From assembly GCA_964019425.1 (NCBI GenBank), contig OZ025783.1, positions 1,302,001 through 1,366,000 of the forward strand: DNA of 64,000 nucleotides, given 5' to 3'. Positions 1 through 10,886 of the stretch are shown here, piece by piece (position 1 is the first letter of the stretch; every line of letters begins with the position of its first letter). This DNA comes from Flectonema sp. DT1601 (lineage: Eukaryota). The notes below the pieces were generated by a model. The model did no database searches and was not told the DNA's origin. It saw nothing but the letters and a program-made list of their open reading frames with translations. Both the position numbers and the translations under genes were made by a program.

Positions 1-676
1 TATTGTTGGAGACATTCTCAAAGGAGCAACAGACAGACGATTATCATTCGACCATTTTGACAGACATTTTAAACGCCCGGAATATTGTTTTCACATGATT
101 TTAAGAAAAACTCTGCAGGATAATAATAATGATAACGACTGTACCATGGCACCCTCGAATGAAGGAATTCTACTCCTCACCAACACTAAGGAAAAGCGCA
201 AGAAAGACGACTACAGCTCCGATGAAGGAGAACTCGCACTCGTAATAAAACGAACAGATGTAGAAGAGATAGAACGCTGATCAAAAGCAAACGTATATGC
301 TAGGCCGTCCTGGCGAGCTCCGATGGACATTAAGAAATCAGTTCTTTTTGAAATAGACCAATTGATGGATCCGATTTATTAATTAACTGGAATGAAATCC
401 CCAGAACTTACTGATGAAGGCGTAAGAGGGACAAGTAGTATAAGATTAAGGCTCCTGAAACTACGTGTTCCACGGTGTATTATAGAACAGCAGAACAATG
501 TGTTTTTATAATTTTTTCTTTTTTATATTTTATTTTAGTTATTCTGTTCATGCTTTGACTCTGTCTCTTTCCCTTCTCCATTTTGTTTATGTTGTCAACG
601 AATTTTTTTTTTTTGTTTTTTCATTTTATTTTTTAAGTTGCTATTTCAATGATTCTGCAACGTCAAATGATTCAAT

Positions 677-1337
677 CATCGTCATCATTATTATTATTAT
701 TATTTTTTTTTTGTTGTTGTTGTTGTTGTACCGACATAGTCGGAGAAGAATATGCTCAACGATTTATAAGGCTAATCTGAATAGTTTTTTGTGTCTTGTA
801 TGATAAAGCAATGGAATAACAAGGGATCGATTCTCTCAGTTATTTTTGTTGGTTCTTATTCAACTTTCCTTGACTTGTCTTTCTCCTGGTCTATTAATGA
901 AATATTGTTCTGTTTCTTATTCGGAGCCTCCGAGAAAGAAAAAAAATCTTTAAAAAAAATAAAAAGAGCAGGTTCCATATTTATTGTGGGAGCGTTCCCT
1001 CCTGGAGTTTCATCAACGTGTTCATTATTTTTTGCATTTAACAAGTATTGTAAGAACGAAAAAGAATGTTGGCAGCACACGTAAACCTCCTTTAGCTTTA
1101 TCAGTTTAAGTCGGTTCACGGTTTCGTGCACAAACAAAATATTTTGTACTGTTTCGGTAGTTTAATTACTTTCCCAATTAGAGGAGCATTCTTGTGTTGT
1201 ACAACAACAACAGCATATGTTTTTTATTATTCTTATTTACAATTTATAATTGTGCCTTTTTTCTGATTTTATATCTACGATTTTTTATACGAATGTATTA
1301 ATTTCGAAACCAAAAGGATCACATATTTTTAGTTATA
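677..1337. repeat. Dispersed repeat A, copy 1 (contains an inserted repeat-D element)
   Basis: Near-identical to 3831-4400 from catcattattatt...gtaccgacatagtcggagaag to cacatatttttagttata, same orientation; about 110 extra bp at 1034-1140. Confidence 0.9.
1034..1140 (+). mobile_element. Short dispersed element D (gcatttaaca...tatcagtttaagtcggttcac...caaacaaaa)
   Basis: Same sequence at 15221-15351, 46791-46953 and partially at 31726-31780; absent from the equivalent site in repeat A copy 2. Confidence 0.75.
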
Positions 1338-1769
1338 AGACAAGTTTTTCTGAATTCAACCCCCCAGACAACACAAATGGGATTTTTTATCGATACCAAT
1401 TGTTGATTTCTTATATTGCAACCAGGTTTGGCCGAACCTTATTCTCGTTTTAGCCAGTTTCAAGTTGCTTTCCATTTAATATTAGTATCAAGTTACCCCC
1501 AACTCAAACCTCCTTATTTTGTTTTGTTTTATTCGTATTCGTCCTCTTTTTATCTGTCAGAGGAGTGCCTTTACTGTCCCAGTCTTAACAAGATCGGGTG
1601 GTCTACTTACATTGCTGTTGGAGTTGCTGTATCAGTGATGGACAATATGTAGTGTAATAGACTTCTTTTATTTATCCATCTATCTTTCTTTGGATCATGT
1701 CTTTATTTGAATGGTCTGATTTCACTACTCATATTGATGAGTAGAACAGACTTGTGTCTTCCTTGCTAT

Positions 1770-1905
1770 CTTCGCTGAAGAAGCGCTGAGTAAGGGAATG
1801 GTCCGAAGAAAAGATTTTTTTCGAAACAAAAACCATTATTTGTTTGTTGTTCCTGTGATTCATTTTTTTTTTTTTTTTTTTTGATTGATTAATAATAATA
1901 CGATG
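1770..1905. repeat. Dispersed repeat B, copy 1
   Basis: cttcgctgaag...taagggaatggtccgaagaaaa...ttgtttgttgt...ttgattga...taatac recurs at ~29935-30070. Confidence 0.75.
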
Positions 1906-1948
1906 CATCGTTCTGAATCTATTTTTTCAAAGATTTAAAAAAAATAAG

Positions 1949-3166
1949 GACAATGTGAATCCAGTACCAACACCGGCACCAACACCAGCACCGACTCCGG
2001 CACCGACTCCGGCACCGACTCCGGCACCGACTCCGGCACCGACTCCGGCACCGACTCCGGCACCGACTCCGGCACCGACTCCGGCACCGACTCCGGCACC
2101 GACTCCGGCACCGACTCCGGCACCGACTCCGGCACCGACTCCGGCACCGACTCCGGCACCGACTCCGGCACCGACTCCGGCACCGACTCCGGCACCGACT
2201 CCGGCACCGACTCCGGCACCGACTCCGGCACCGACTCCGGCACCGACTCCGGCACCGACTCCGGCACCGACTCCGGCACCGACTCCGGCACCGACTCCGG
2301 CACCGACTCCGGCACCGACTCCGGCACCGACTCCGGCACCGACTCCGGCACCGACTCCGGCACCGACTCCGGCACCGACTCCGGCACCGACTCCGGCACC
2401 GACTCCGGCACCGACTCCGGCACCGACTCCGGCACCGACTCCGGCACCGACTCCGGCACCGACTCCGGCACCGACTCCGGCACCGACTCCGGCACCGACT
2501 CCGGCACCGACTCCGGCACCGACTCCATCGCAAACATCGGCACCGACGCCAGCACCAACTACCGAGCCAAGTACCGTTATCGTAAGAGGAGTATTTCTAA
2601 ATGGGGATTGTACAGAATTGTTGCAACACCTGGGATTCAAGAGAGATTTGAGTCTGGGGTAGCGAAGTCTATGAATGTGGAATCAGTGGTCGTAGTTTAC
2701 GAGTGCGGTTCAATTCATTATACTGCAACTTCATTAACCACCACGACCCTGTCGACAAGTCAATTACTAAAAGATATAAATACTTTTATTGAAGAAGTTG
2801 GTTGGAATAACTGGAAAGCAGTCGGATGAATTTTACTTCGTAAATAAGAATTCTTATGTTCCGTGTGAATCACCAGCTGCTACTGAAGCTTACATCACTC
2901 ATGGGATCTGTGTACCGACAGCATGTCAAGCTGGGTATAAACTTCACACGTCTAATTGTACCGAGAATACGGCTATTGGTTATTATGATGATGATACTGG
3001 CATACCAACTAGGATTATTGTCGGATCTGTCGTCGGGGGAGTCGTTCTTCTTATTTTAATTGCGCTGACAATCCTCTGGATCAGAGCAACAAAATCAGCA
3101 GAAGAAAAAGAAGACGAAACCAACAGTAGGAAACACGAAATGAAACACGCTCCAGATTTTGACTAA
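1949..3166 (+). pseudogene. Mucin-like type I membrane protein (PTPA stalk, Cys-containing segment, C-terminal TM), broken by two frameshifts; no in-frame ATG
   Basis: Track ORFs 1955-2662, 2608-2829 and 2789-3166 join into one plausible protein: (PTPA)[21 protein letters not shown] / [18 protein letters not shown]...WNNWKA / DEFYFVN...IIVGSVVGGVVLLILIALTILWIR + charged tail. Shifts at ~2617 and ~2822. Confidence 0.7.
1991..2518 (+). repeat. Perfect 12-bp minisatellite (ccgactccggca) x44 encoding Pro-Thr-Pro-Ala
   Basis: Directly visible; GC-rich island in AT-rich DNA; flanking units use other codons (ccaacaccggca, ccaacaccagca). Confidence 0.98.
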
Positions 3167-3830
3167 TGGGTTGCCACACACTGGTCCATGTTCAAACTCA
3201 TTTCGTTGCCTAATTGAAGCGCCGTGGTGGTTTTAGCCTTTCTACCAATTCTTAAGCTCTTTCTTTTGTATTTGCACCGAAATACTCCTCTGGTGATTAG
3301 GTATTACTTTATGGGTGTTTTCTAAGTGTTGAAACTCACGAAAATATTTCCTGACGGAGGCATTTCCCCCCCTATTCTCCCACTTTTTTTCAATCCAATT
3401 TCGCAGAAATATTTCCCCCACGAGAATAAGTCTCCATGAGATGATCTTTTCAACTTGTGCTTGTGGATCATATTCAACTTTATCTTTTAATGTTTATGTG
3501 TTGATGTGTTGATTTCTTTTCTCCGTACCCGCTGTCAAGTTTCCTCATTCTCGAGCGATTGATATGAAGAGTTCTGATTTTTAGCACCTGAAGTAGAGAA
3601 GAAATACTCTGACCTACTTCCGTCTAGTAATAGTCCTCTCACCTGACAACGACATGATTAGTTGAAATGTGGTTTTTTTTTCTTTCCTTCTTCGAGTCTA
3701 CTGGACTGAAGTAGGTAGGAAGCAGTCACTAATTACGTTGATTAGTTTTTTGAACTTTCTTACGTAACTTTTTTTCCTTTCCACTGCTCCAATGCAGAGC
3801 AAACAAACCAAATTTACACACGTTGAATAA

Positions 3831-4400
3831 TCATCATCATCATTATTATTATTATTATTATTTTTTGTTGTTGTTGTACCGACATAGTCGGAGAAGAATA
3901 TGCTCAACGATTTATAAGGCTAATCTGAATAGTTTTTTGTGTCTTGTATGATAAGGCAATGGAATAACAAGGGATCGATTCTCTCAGTTATTTTTGTTGG
4001 TTCTTATTCAACTTTCCTTGACTTGTCTTTCTCCTGGTCTATTAATGAAATAGTATTGTTCTGTTTCTTATTCGGAGCCTCCGAGAAAGAAAAAAAATCT
4101 TTAAAAAAAATAAAAAGAGCAGGTTCCATATTTATTGTGGGAGCGTTCCCTCCTGGAGTTTCATCAACGTGTTCATTATTTTTATTTTTTTTGTACTGTT
4201 TCGGTAGTTTAATTACTTTCCCAATTATCGAGGAGCATTCTTGTGTTGTACTGTGCAACAACAACAACGACAGCATATATTTTTTATTATTCTTATTTAC
4301 AATTTATAATTGTGCCTTTTTTTCTGATTTTATATCTCAACGACTTTTTATACGAATGTATTAATTTCGAAACCAAAAGGATCACATATTTTTAGTTATA
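3831..4400. repeat. Dispersed repeat A, copy 2
   Basis: Direct repeat of 677-1337 without the element-D insert. Confidence 0.9.
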
Positions 4401-4538
4401 ATACTTTGATTGACTGATTTAATAATAATACTGGCTAACCAAAGCATTCGTCACTAAGGTATTTATGAAATGTAAACCCACTTGTCGGAATTGTGTTTTC
4501 TTTATTTTTTTATTTTTTCATTCAGCGTCACATCTCAA

Positions 4539-6164
4539 ATGGCAAAACCAAAAATGCATTTTGAAGGAAGGAGTCTTTCAGTTGTTAATGATTTCACTGC
4601 AGACGAACAATTCTATCTGTATCTACAAACGAAACTTCTAAAAGAAGCTGTAAAAAATAAAGAAGACATAAATATTTTTCAAATAAAAAATGCTTCAAAA
4701 GCAGTATACCTGATCTTTATGGAAGACAGTACCAGAACTAAAGAATCCTTTAGAAATGCTGCACTGTTTCATGGATGCAAAGTAAATGTTTTTGACGCCG
4801 CAACATCATCATTCAATAAAAAGGAATCGATTACTGATACTGTTAAAATGCTTTGTGGATATAGCACAAACCAAAGTATCTTTATTGTACGTAGTAAGTT
4901 AGAGGGTACCTGTACTTGGTTAGATCAAGTGGTAGGGCCATACTGCGAGTCTGTTGGTCTTCCACGTGCTTCGTTTATCAATGCCGGAGATGGCAGACAC
5001 GAGCATCCAACACAAGAATTTTTAGATGAATTTTCATTTTTAGAAGAAAAAAATTGGGATCGATCGTCAATTCACGTTGCTCTTGTTGGAGATCTTTATC
5101 ATGGAAGAACTGTTCACAGTAAGACTGATGGACTGAAAGTTTTTAATAAAGTCAAAGTCGATTTGATTGCACCAAAAGAACTTGCTATGCCATTAGAATA
5201 CATTAGTAGAATGAAAGAAAATAATTTTGACGTCAGAGAATTCAAATCGATCGACGAATACCTGAACCAGAGCGACGTCTCTTCTTTGTGGTACTTCACA
5301 CGTCTTCAACTTGAGCGAATGGGTGATAAGATATTAGGTAGAGAAGAATTCTTAAGAAGAGCTGTGACATTTCAAAAATCATACATCGCAAGAACACCTG
5401 CCAATGCGAAATTATATCATCCACTACCAAGACATCAAGTGTATCCAGTGATACCATCATTTCTTGATTCGACATCATTTAACGCATGGGATAGACAAAG
5501 TATAAACGGTTACTACACTCGTATTATGGAACTCGCTCTCGTCGGTGGAGCCATCGGTAGTGATTTCACTGGAAAAGCAGCGACTGTAGTGGAATCTCCT
5601 AATTTTGTTGAGGAGATCAGCAATCCTCAGTCTGATCTTTCTCCTACATCAGCAAGCATGAAGAAAAGTAGTATGAAGATAGGAATTAAACCTCTCTCTA
5701 ATGGTTTAGTCATTGATCATATCAGGAGTGGGTCCAGTTCTGAGAAGTGTTGGAAAACAATATCAATGATAATGAATATCCTGGAGCTTCACGACTCTGT
5801 TGGTTCCTGTGGTGTGTTCGCCTCTTCAGTCAATAAAGATAAGTTGAAGGGCATCATATCACTTCCTGTTTTGTCAGAAGACTTCTTCGACCGTGCCAGC
5901 ATCAAAAAACTAGCAGCAATATCACCAGGTTGCACCTTGAACGTCGTCAGTGACAATAAAGTAACTAAGAAATATCGTCTTAATATGCCTCCTAAAATCT
6001 ATGATTTCGAAGAGATTGATTGTGTTAACAGTAGCTGTATTAGTCATCGTAAAAATCACGAGCATGTAAGAGCTAGTTTTATTCAAAAATCAGCTGATCC
6101 ACCAGTCTTCACTTGCACATACTGTGAACGTCCTCATCAGTATGAAGAGATTTGGTCGCTCTAA
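4539..6164 (+). CDS. pyrBI: Fused aspartate carbamoyltransferase catalytic + regulatory chain (PyrBI)
   Basis: ATCase motifs FMEDSTRTKESF, HPTQ, VGDLYHGRTVHS, YFTRLQLER, HPLPR; PyrI-like C-terminus GIKPLSNGLVIDHI, ISPGCTLNVV and Zn ligands CVNSSCISH...CTYCE. ATG at 4539 follows a ttcag acceptor-like site. Confidence 0.93.
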   Translation: MAKPKMHFEGRSLSVVNDFTADEQFYLYLQTKLLKEAVKNKEDINIFQIKNASKAVYLIFMEDSTRTKESFRNAALFHGCKVNVFDAATSSFNKKESITDTVKMLCGYSTNQSIFIVRSKLEGTCTWLDQVVGPYCESVGLPRASFINAGDGRHEHPTQEFLDEFSFLEEKNWDRSSIHVALVGDLYHGRTVHSKTDGLKVFNKVKVDLIAPKELAMPLEYISRMKENNFDVREFKSIDEYLNQSDVSSLWYFTRLQLERMGDKILGREEFLRRAVTFQKSYIARTPANAKLYHPLPRHQVYPVIPSFLDSTSFNAWDRQSINGYYTRIMELALVGGAIGSDFTGKAATVVESPNFVEEISNPQSDLSPTSASMKKSSMKIGIKPLSNGLVIDHIRSGSSSEKCWKTISMIMNILELHDSVGSCGVFASSVNKDKLKGIISLPVLSEDFFDRASIKKLAAISPGCTLNVVSDNKVTKKYRLNMPPKIYDFEEIDCVNSSCISHRKNHEHVRASFIQKSADPPVFTCTYCERPHQYEEIWSL

Positions 6165-6293
6165 ACAGTTTTCTGAAGTATATGATTGTTGACTGGTGAC
6201 TATTAACGTCACCAGGTATTTCGGATTTCTATTTTTAATCGACGAAATAATCTATTAATTCGCTAGTGTTGTTTCTTTACTGACAAACGATCC

Positions 6294-6324
<31 letters not shown>

Positions 6325-6689
6325 GCCTTTTTCTCAATCCCCTCCTCGGTTTTGCATTTGGTAAGTGTTGGGACCTGCTGGGCAGGTGATCCCTTATGTT
6401 AGTTGATTTTCGTTTTTTTTTTTTCCTGTTTTCTCTTTTTTTTTGTTTTTTCCCCTTCCTCCTCACCCCACTATTTCATTTTGACTGACGTGTGCATGGA
6501 CCGATGCTATTTTATCATGACGACTAACCATGTGAGGAAAAAAGTTAAACATTTTTTCCACTCTTTACAGATTCTCTCCAACAGAGGTAATGTACGCATC
6601 CTTTTTTTCTTTTAGTTTAGCCAGTTTCAAAGTTGTTTTATACTAATTACCTCTCTCACAGTTGGAGTTTTAAATAATGTAATGTAGAA

Positions 6690-7820
6690 ATGGGAAACTG
6701 TGTATCAAGTGACAAGAAAAAGAAACTTAATGCTGAGCTGGGAAAGGTTCCTAGTGTGAATGCAGCAGGAGGATCTAAGCAGTCTCCAGTTAAGTCACAA
6801 CAGTCTCCACCACCATCGGGTCGGATTCCTTATGAAGGAAGTGATGTGGATTCAAGGAGGAGAAGAAGAAGTCCATCTCGTCAATCTAGTTTGAAAATAA
6901 TTCCACGACCATCATCTCCAGAAGGGTCGATGAGATCTAAAACAATTCAACCGTTAGTTGAGGAAACTATTAAAGTTCCGATAAAAAATATATGCGGTCC
7001 CAACACAAAGCAATGTCGTAATGGTCATACTTTAGATAAAGCATCACCAGGACAAAATGGAATTTATATTTTAGGATGGAGTTGTGATCTCTGTGGAGTA
7101 GAACATCAAGGAGGTGGTGTTCGTTGGCATTGTAAACAATGTTCTGAAGATTACTGTTTGAATTGTAACAACTCCTCAGATGAGGCAATTATAACACCAG
7201 CCTATCCTGTTGGTTTACAACAACAGTCACCATTTAAGTATAGTTACACATACGATCATCCTTTGCATTCAAATAGCGTATTTGATTCTGAAGTATTACA
7301 TCCAAGAGTCGGTCAACTATACCAATCCTCTGTTGCAGCTATTCGTGAAGGGAATCCTCTTGAAAATGAATTCGCACCTGCGATTCAACCAACTGAGTTG
7401 AATCCACCGATTACGATGTCTGAGATTAGAGGAGGTGTTCGATCTGAAGGTTGGGTTGAAAAAAAGATTAAAAAAAATAATAAGTTGTCAAATAAGAAAC
7501 CTGATGCTGTGGTTCCAAGACCTTCTGGGGTGTCAACTATACCGCCATTTGTTGAAGGCGGATTCACAGAAGCAGACATAGAAGTAACAATTGAAGACTC
7601 TACCGATGAACAAACATCATTAGCTGACTCTCCATATCAGCAGATGTATGATCCAGCCATTGGGAAATACTTAGATGTTCCGATTTCACGAAGAGGTCAA
7701 ACACCTCTAACAGAAATAACTCAGCAATACCCACCTGGAGTGCTGGGAATTCGTCACATCTCACCAGTTCGAATGCCATATCGATTTGAGGGATTACATA
7801 GATACACTTCTTACCGATAG
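6690..7820 (+). CDS. Predicted acylated protein with Cys/His zinc module (ZZ-like)
   Basis: 376-aa ORF; MGNCVSS N-myristoylation/palmitoylation-type start; CRNGHTL...WSCDLC...WHCKQCSEDYCLNC. Confidence 0.8.
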   Translation: MGNCVSSDKKKKLNAELGKVPSVNAAGGSKQSPVKSQQSPPPSGRIPYEGSDVDSRRRRRSPSRQSSLKIIPRPSSPEGSMRSKTIQPLVEETIKVPIKNICGPNTKQCRNGHTLDKASPGQNGIYILGWSCDLCGVEHQGGGVRWHCKQCSEDYCLNCNNSSDEAIITPAYPVGLQQQSPFKYSYTYDHPLHSNSVFDSEVLHPRVGQLYQSSVAAIREGNPLENEFAPAIQPTELNPPITMSEIRGGVRSEGWVEKKIKKNNKLSNKKPDAVVPRPSGVSTIPPFVEGGFTEADIEVTIEDSTDEQTSLADSPYQQMYDPAIGKYLDVPISRRGQTPLTEITQQYPPGVLGIRHISPVRMPYRFEGLHRYTSYR

Positions 7821-8043
7821 TTTTTTATTTATAAAATTATAATAATAAAGCACCTTGTCAGTCCAGGGACTTGACAGGTTAATAAGCTTTTTTTTTTTTT
7901 TTTTTTTTTGAATGTTTTGTTTAGATAACCATAGAGATGTATGAAATGATGTTTTTTTTTTTAATTTGTTGTTTTTTTATTTTGTTTTCTTGTAAAATGA
8001 TCTTATACACACAGAGAAGACACCAACAACAACAAAAAAAAAA

Positions 8044-9339
8044 ATGCCAGTCCCGACGTACACGTTTGACACGATGCCGAATCAACATCCGGGAGCTCCA
8101 AATGCTGGGATGTTAATACCTGTGCCTAGTAAGTTGGCGATGGAAGCAGTTCGGAGGAAGAAGAGAGCTGGGTTAGCATCACAGAGAAGTTCAGTTAAGA
8201 AATCGTCTGAAATACCGTATCACGGGATAAGATCACCTGCTGAGGCTCATGTCATGGCAAGAATGATGATAGCTAAACACAGATCTCTTGGTTATCATTG
8301 CGCTGATCCACCAACTGCTGATGCTGCTATTGCTCAGGCACAGATGCTTATGAATTCCCAACAGTTTGATCTTCACATCAATACTTCTGGAGCTGATAAG
8401 ACTCTCTCTGTTCACACCGATCTGAATGTCGGGTCTGTCGAGTATTGGAATTCTCTTAATCATGAATTAGCAAATAACCATTCAGTTGTTAATTCAGTAA
8501 ACAAACAAGCGATTCAAAGCTGTGTTTGTCCGGAAGAAGATGAAGAGAAAGAACTAAAATTCTTCAGCTGTGTGAATTGTAGAAATCTTTGTTCAATCGG
8601 ATCAAATTTCTGTCAACACTGTGGATGTGATCACAGAATAGGAGCTGTTAGAGATGCTGCTTGCAGTGCGATAGGATTTTCATCCAACGCATCGTCGTCA
8701 TCAGCCAGTTCATTTTCGATGGTATCTCGGCAGTCTAGGAACCTCAGCGAACATGCTCCTGATAATAAAAAGTCAATTCTGAGCTCAAGTAGTTTTATAA
8801 ACCCAGTTCAGCCTATCAGTAGGAGTAGTGTTGGATCGTTGAGCGCTCCGATTAATTCAAAGGTATCGAACTTTTCATCGAAAAGTACGAAACCAGATAT
8901 CGTTAGAGAAGATGAATCACTTCCACCAACACCGCAAGCAATAGTCGATCCTTACACTGAGAATCCAAGTCCGGGTTCTCCAGCATCGAAGAAAAATACG
9001 GCATGTGCGCTTGATAATGATTGTGTTAGCTTGTCGTCTGCTGGTCATTCTGTGGCACCGTCTGCAACACCGTCTGCACCGCCTTCTAACAAATTGAGAC
9101 AACCTGCCAGTAGAGTTTCTTCTCATCCTTCATCATCAACATCGTCATCATCAGCACCCACTAGTAAGTCTTCTAAGAAGGCTCCAAGTAATAAGACTCC
9201 TGGTACTCCTGTTAATAGTAATTCTCAGGTTGTTATTAAGGATCCGTACAGTATGGAAGCCTCTCCGGGATCCCCAGCAAGCAAAAAAAATACCGCTTGC
9301 GACCTTGACAATGATTGTATCAACTTGGATACTTTATAA
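8044..9339 (+). CDS. Hypothetical Ser/Pro-rich protein with zinc ribbon and duplicated C-terminal motif
   Basis: 431-aa ORF; CVNCRNLCSIGSNFCQHCG; motif DPY...SPGSPASKKNTAC.LDNDC occurs twice. Confidence 0.8.
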   Translation: MPVPTYTFDTMPNQHPGAPNAGMLIPVPSKLAMEAVRRKKRAGLASQRSSVKKSSEIPYHGIRSPAEAHVMARMMIAKHRSLGYHCADPPTADAAIAQAQMLMNSQQFDLHINTSGADKTLSVHTDLNVGSVEYWNSLNHELANNHSVVNSVNKQAIQSCVCPEEDEEKELKFFSCVNCRNLCSIGSNFCQHCGCDHRIGAVRDAACSAIGFSSNASSSSASSFSMVSRQSRNLSEHAPDNKKSILSSSSFINPVQPISRSSVGSLSAPINSKVSNFSSKSTKPDIVREDESLPPTPQAIVDPYTENPSPGSPASKKNTACALDNDCVSLSSAGHSVAPSATPSAPPSNKLRQPASRVSSHPSSSTSSSSAPTSKSSKKAPSNKTPGTPVNSNSQVVIKDPYSMEASPGSPASKKNTACDLDNDCINLDTL

Positions 9340-9813
9340 TAAGTTTTTGGTCTCTGATAATCATGATGGCCTAGTAGTTGATGTAGTTGTACACTTGTTT
9401 TTTTTATTGCTAGTTTTTCGTAATTAGCATTCTCGCGTGTATGTGGCTTCCTTATTTTTCTTTTTTTTGAAGGGGCAAACTCCTAGTTCCACACAAATGT
9501 AACTGAAATCAGATCTCAACACAAAGGTTTTCGAAATGGATGGCAAAAAAAAAAAAAAAAAAAAAAAATCCGATACCCAGAAAACGTGCTTTTGTGTTGA
9601 GATTTCAAGCTTTTAAGTGGGGTTAGAGTTATTCCCTTTTTTTTTTAAAAAAATCATTGTAACCGATAGCCTACGTATTATATTTGTTTTGTTATTTAAG
9701 TATTTCCCACATATGTTTTCTTTTTTTCCCTTTTTTTTTTTGAATTTCGATTTTTGTTGATACGTCGTTGAAGTTCTTGCCTGTACTTTAGATTTATTTT
9801 TCCCCTTCTCTCT

Positions 9814-9859
<46 letters not shown>

Positions 9860-10076
9860 TATTGTTTTTCTAAATTACCAGTACCACTAAGTTCAGTATT
9901 CTTGCTTTGCTTTTATTCTTATGTTTCTTCTTTTCCTCTGCAGAAACAATATGTTAGGTCATTCACACGCAACGCTGATGGTCAACCACCGTATGAAATG
10001 GTTTTTATGAGTGTGGTTATCTACTACGAGTATCTTAGTTTTTTTAATCATCTCAACCAGCCAGTAGTAACAAACT

Positions 10077-10886
10077 ATGAAATTGTTTTCGGTGTTAGCG
10101 CTTGTGGCTGGCTCTTTTGCAGCGAGTAACCGATCAATTGGTTGGTACATGCCGCCACATTTTGATTCTACTTTTGTAAGAGAGAACCTTGACGTTGTTG
10201 ATCGAATCAACCTCTGCTGTAGTCAGATTAACGTCCTTGCTAATGGAACAATGGAAGACGTTAACGGAAAGGAATACGTCACCAACAGAAGTAAAGAAAT
10301 GCACTCTCTCGGTGTTGAGTTTGTTATGATGGGTAGCGTCGATGAGCAGGCAATCCTAAGCAAAGATTCAGTCAAAGCCGTCGATGACATCGTCAGCTAC
10401 GTAAAATACACAAAATCCGAAGGGATCATCTTTGACTATGAACCAAAGAATAAATTCACTGACGAACACGCTTCGAAATACGAATTCTTCCTATCCGCCG
10501 TTAAGAAAGCATCGAATAATGAATTCTACGTTGGAATGGATGTATCTGGATGGGGAATTCTTAACAAATTCCCGATCTATGCCCCGTCAAAACTTGACAT
10601 TTATACCAGCATGGCAACAACGTATTACATGAATTCAGCTGTTACTCCAGAAGGTCATCAGTTTGTAAGTAATATGACTTCTTTCTTTGGAAAATCATCT
10701 CGTTTTGGAATTGGCTCAACAGCAACAATGTCAACTGGACAGCATTGCTCTTACAATTGGACAGCTCCAACGCTCGCTCCTTATCTTGATCAGTTGCCAT
10801 ACAGAGCAGTTGATATTTACCCATGTGACTTCGATCATAGAGGAACTCTCGACCCATCTTTTTTGGAAGTGTTCAAAAACTGGTAA
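10077..10886 (+). CDS. Secreted glycoside hydrolase family 18-like protein
   Basis: Signal peptide MKLFSVLALVAGSFA; EGIIFDYEP resembles the GH18 DGxDxDxE strand; MATTYY resembles the MxYD motif. Confidence 0.6.
   Translation: MKLFSVLALVAGSFAASNRSIGWYMPPHFDSTFVRENLDVVDRINLCCSQINVLANGTMEDVNGKEYVTNRSKEMHSLGVEFVMMGSVDEQAILSKDSVKAVDDIVSYVKYTKSEGIIFDYEPKNKFTDEHASKYEFFLSAVKKASNNEFYVGMDVSGWGILNKFPIYAPSKLDIYTSMATTYYMNSAVTPEGHQFVSNMTSFFGKSSRFGIGSTATMSTGQHCSYNWTAPTLAPYLDQLPYRAVDIYPCDFDHRGTLDPSFLEVFKNW

Noticed and set aside
1..400. Intact gene at the window start
   Set aside because: Coding-like composition but stops in all frames and no recognisable motif.
1919..2640. Minus-strand ORFs (RSRC)n, (GVGA)n, (ESVP)n
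   Set aside because: Stop-free shadows of the 12-bp repeat; only the + PTPA frame continues into protein-like sequence.
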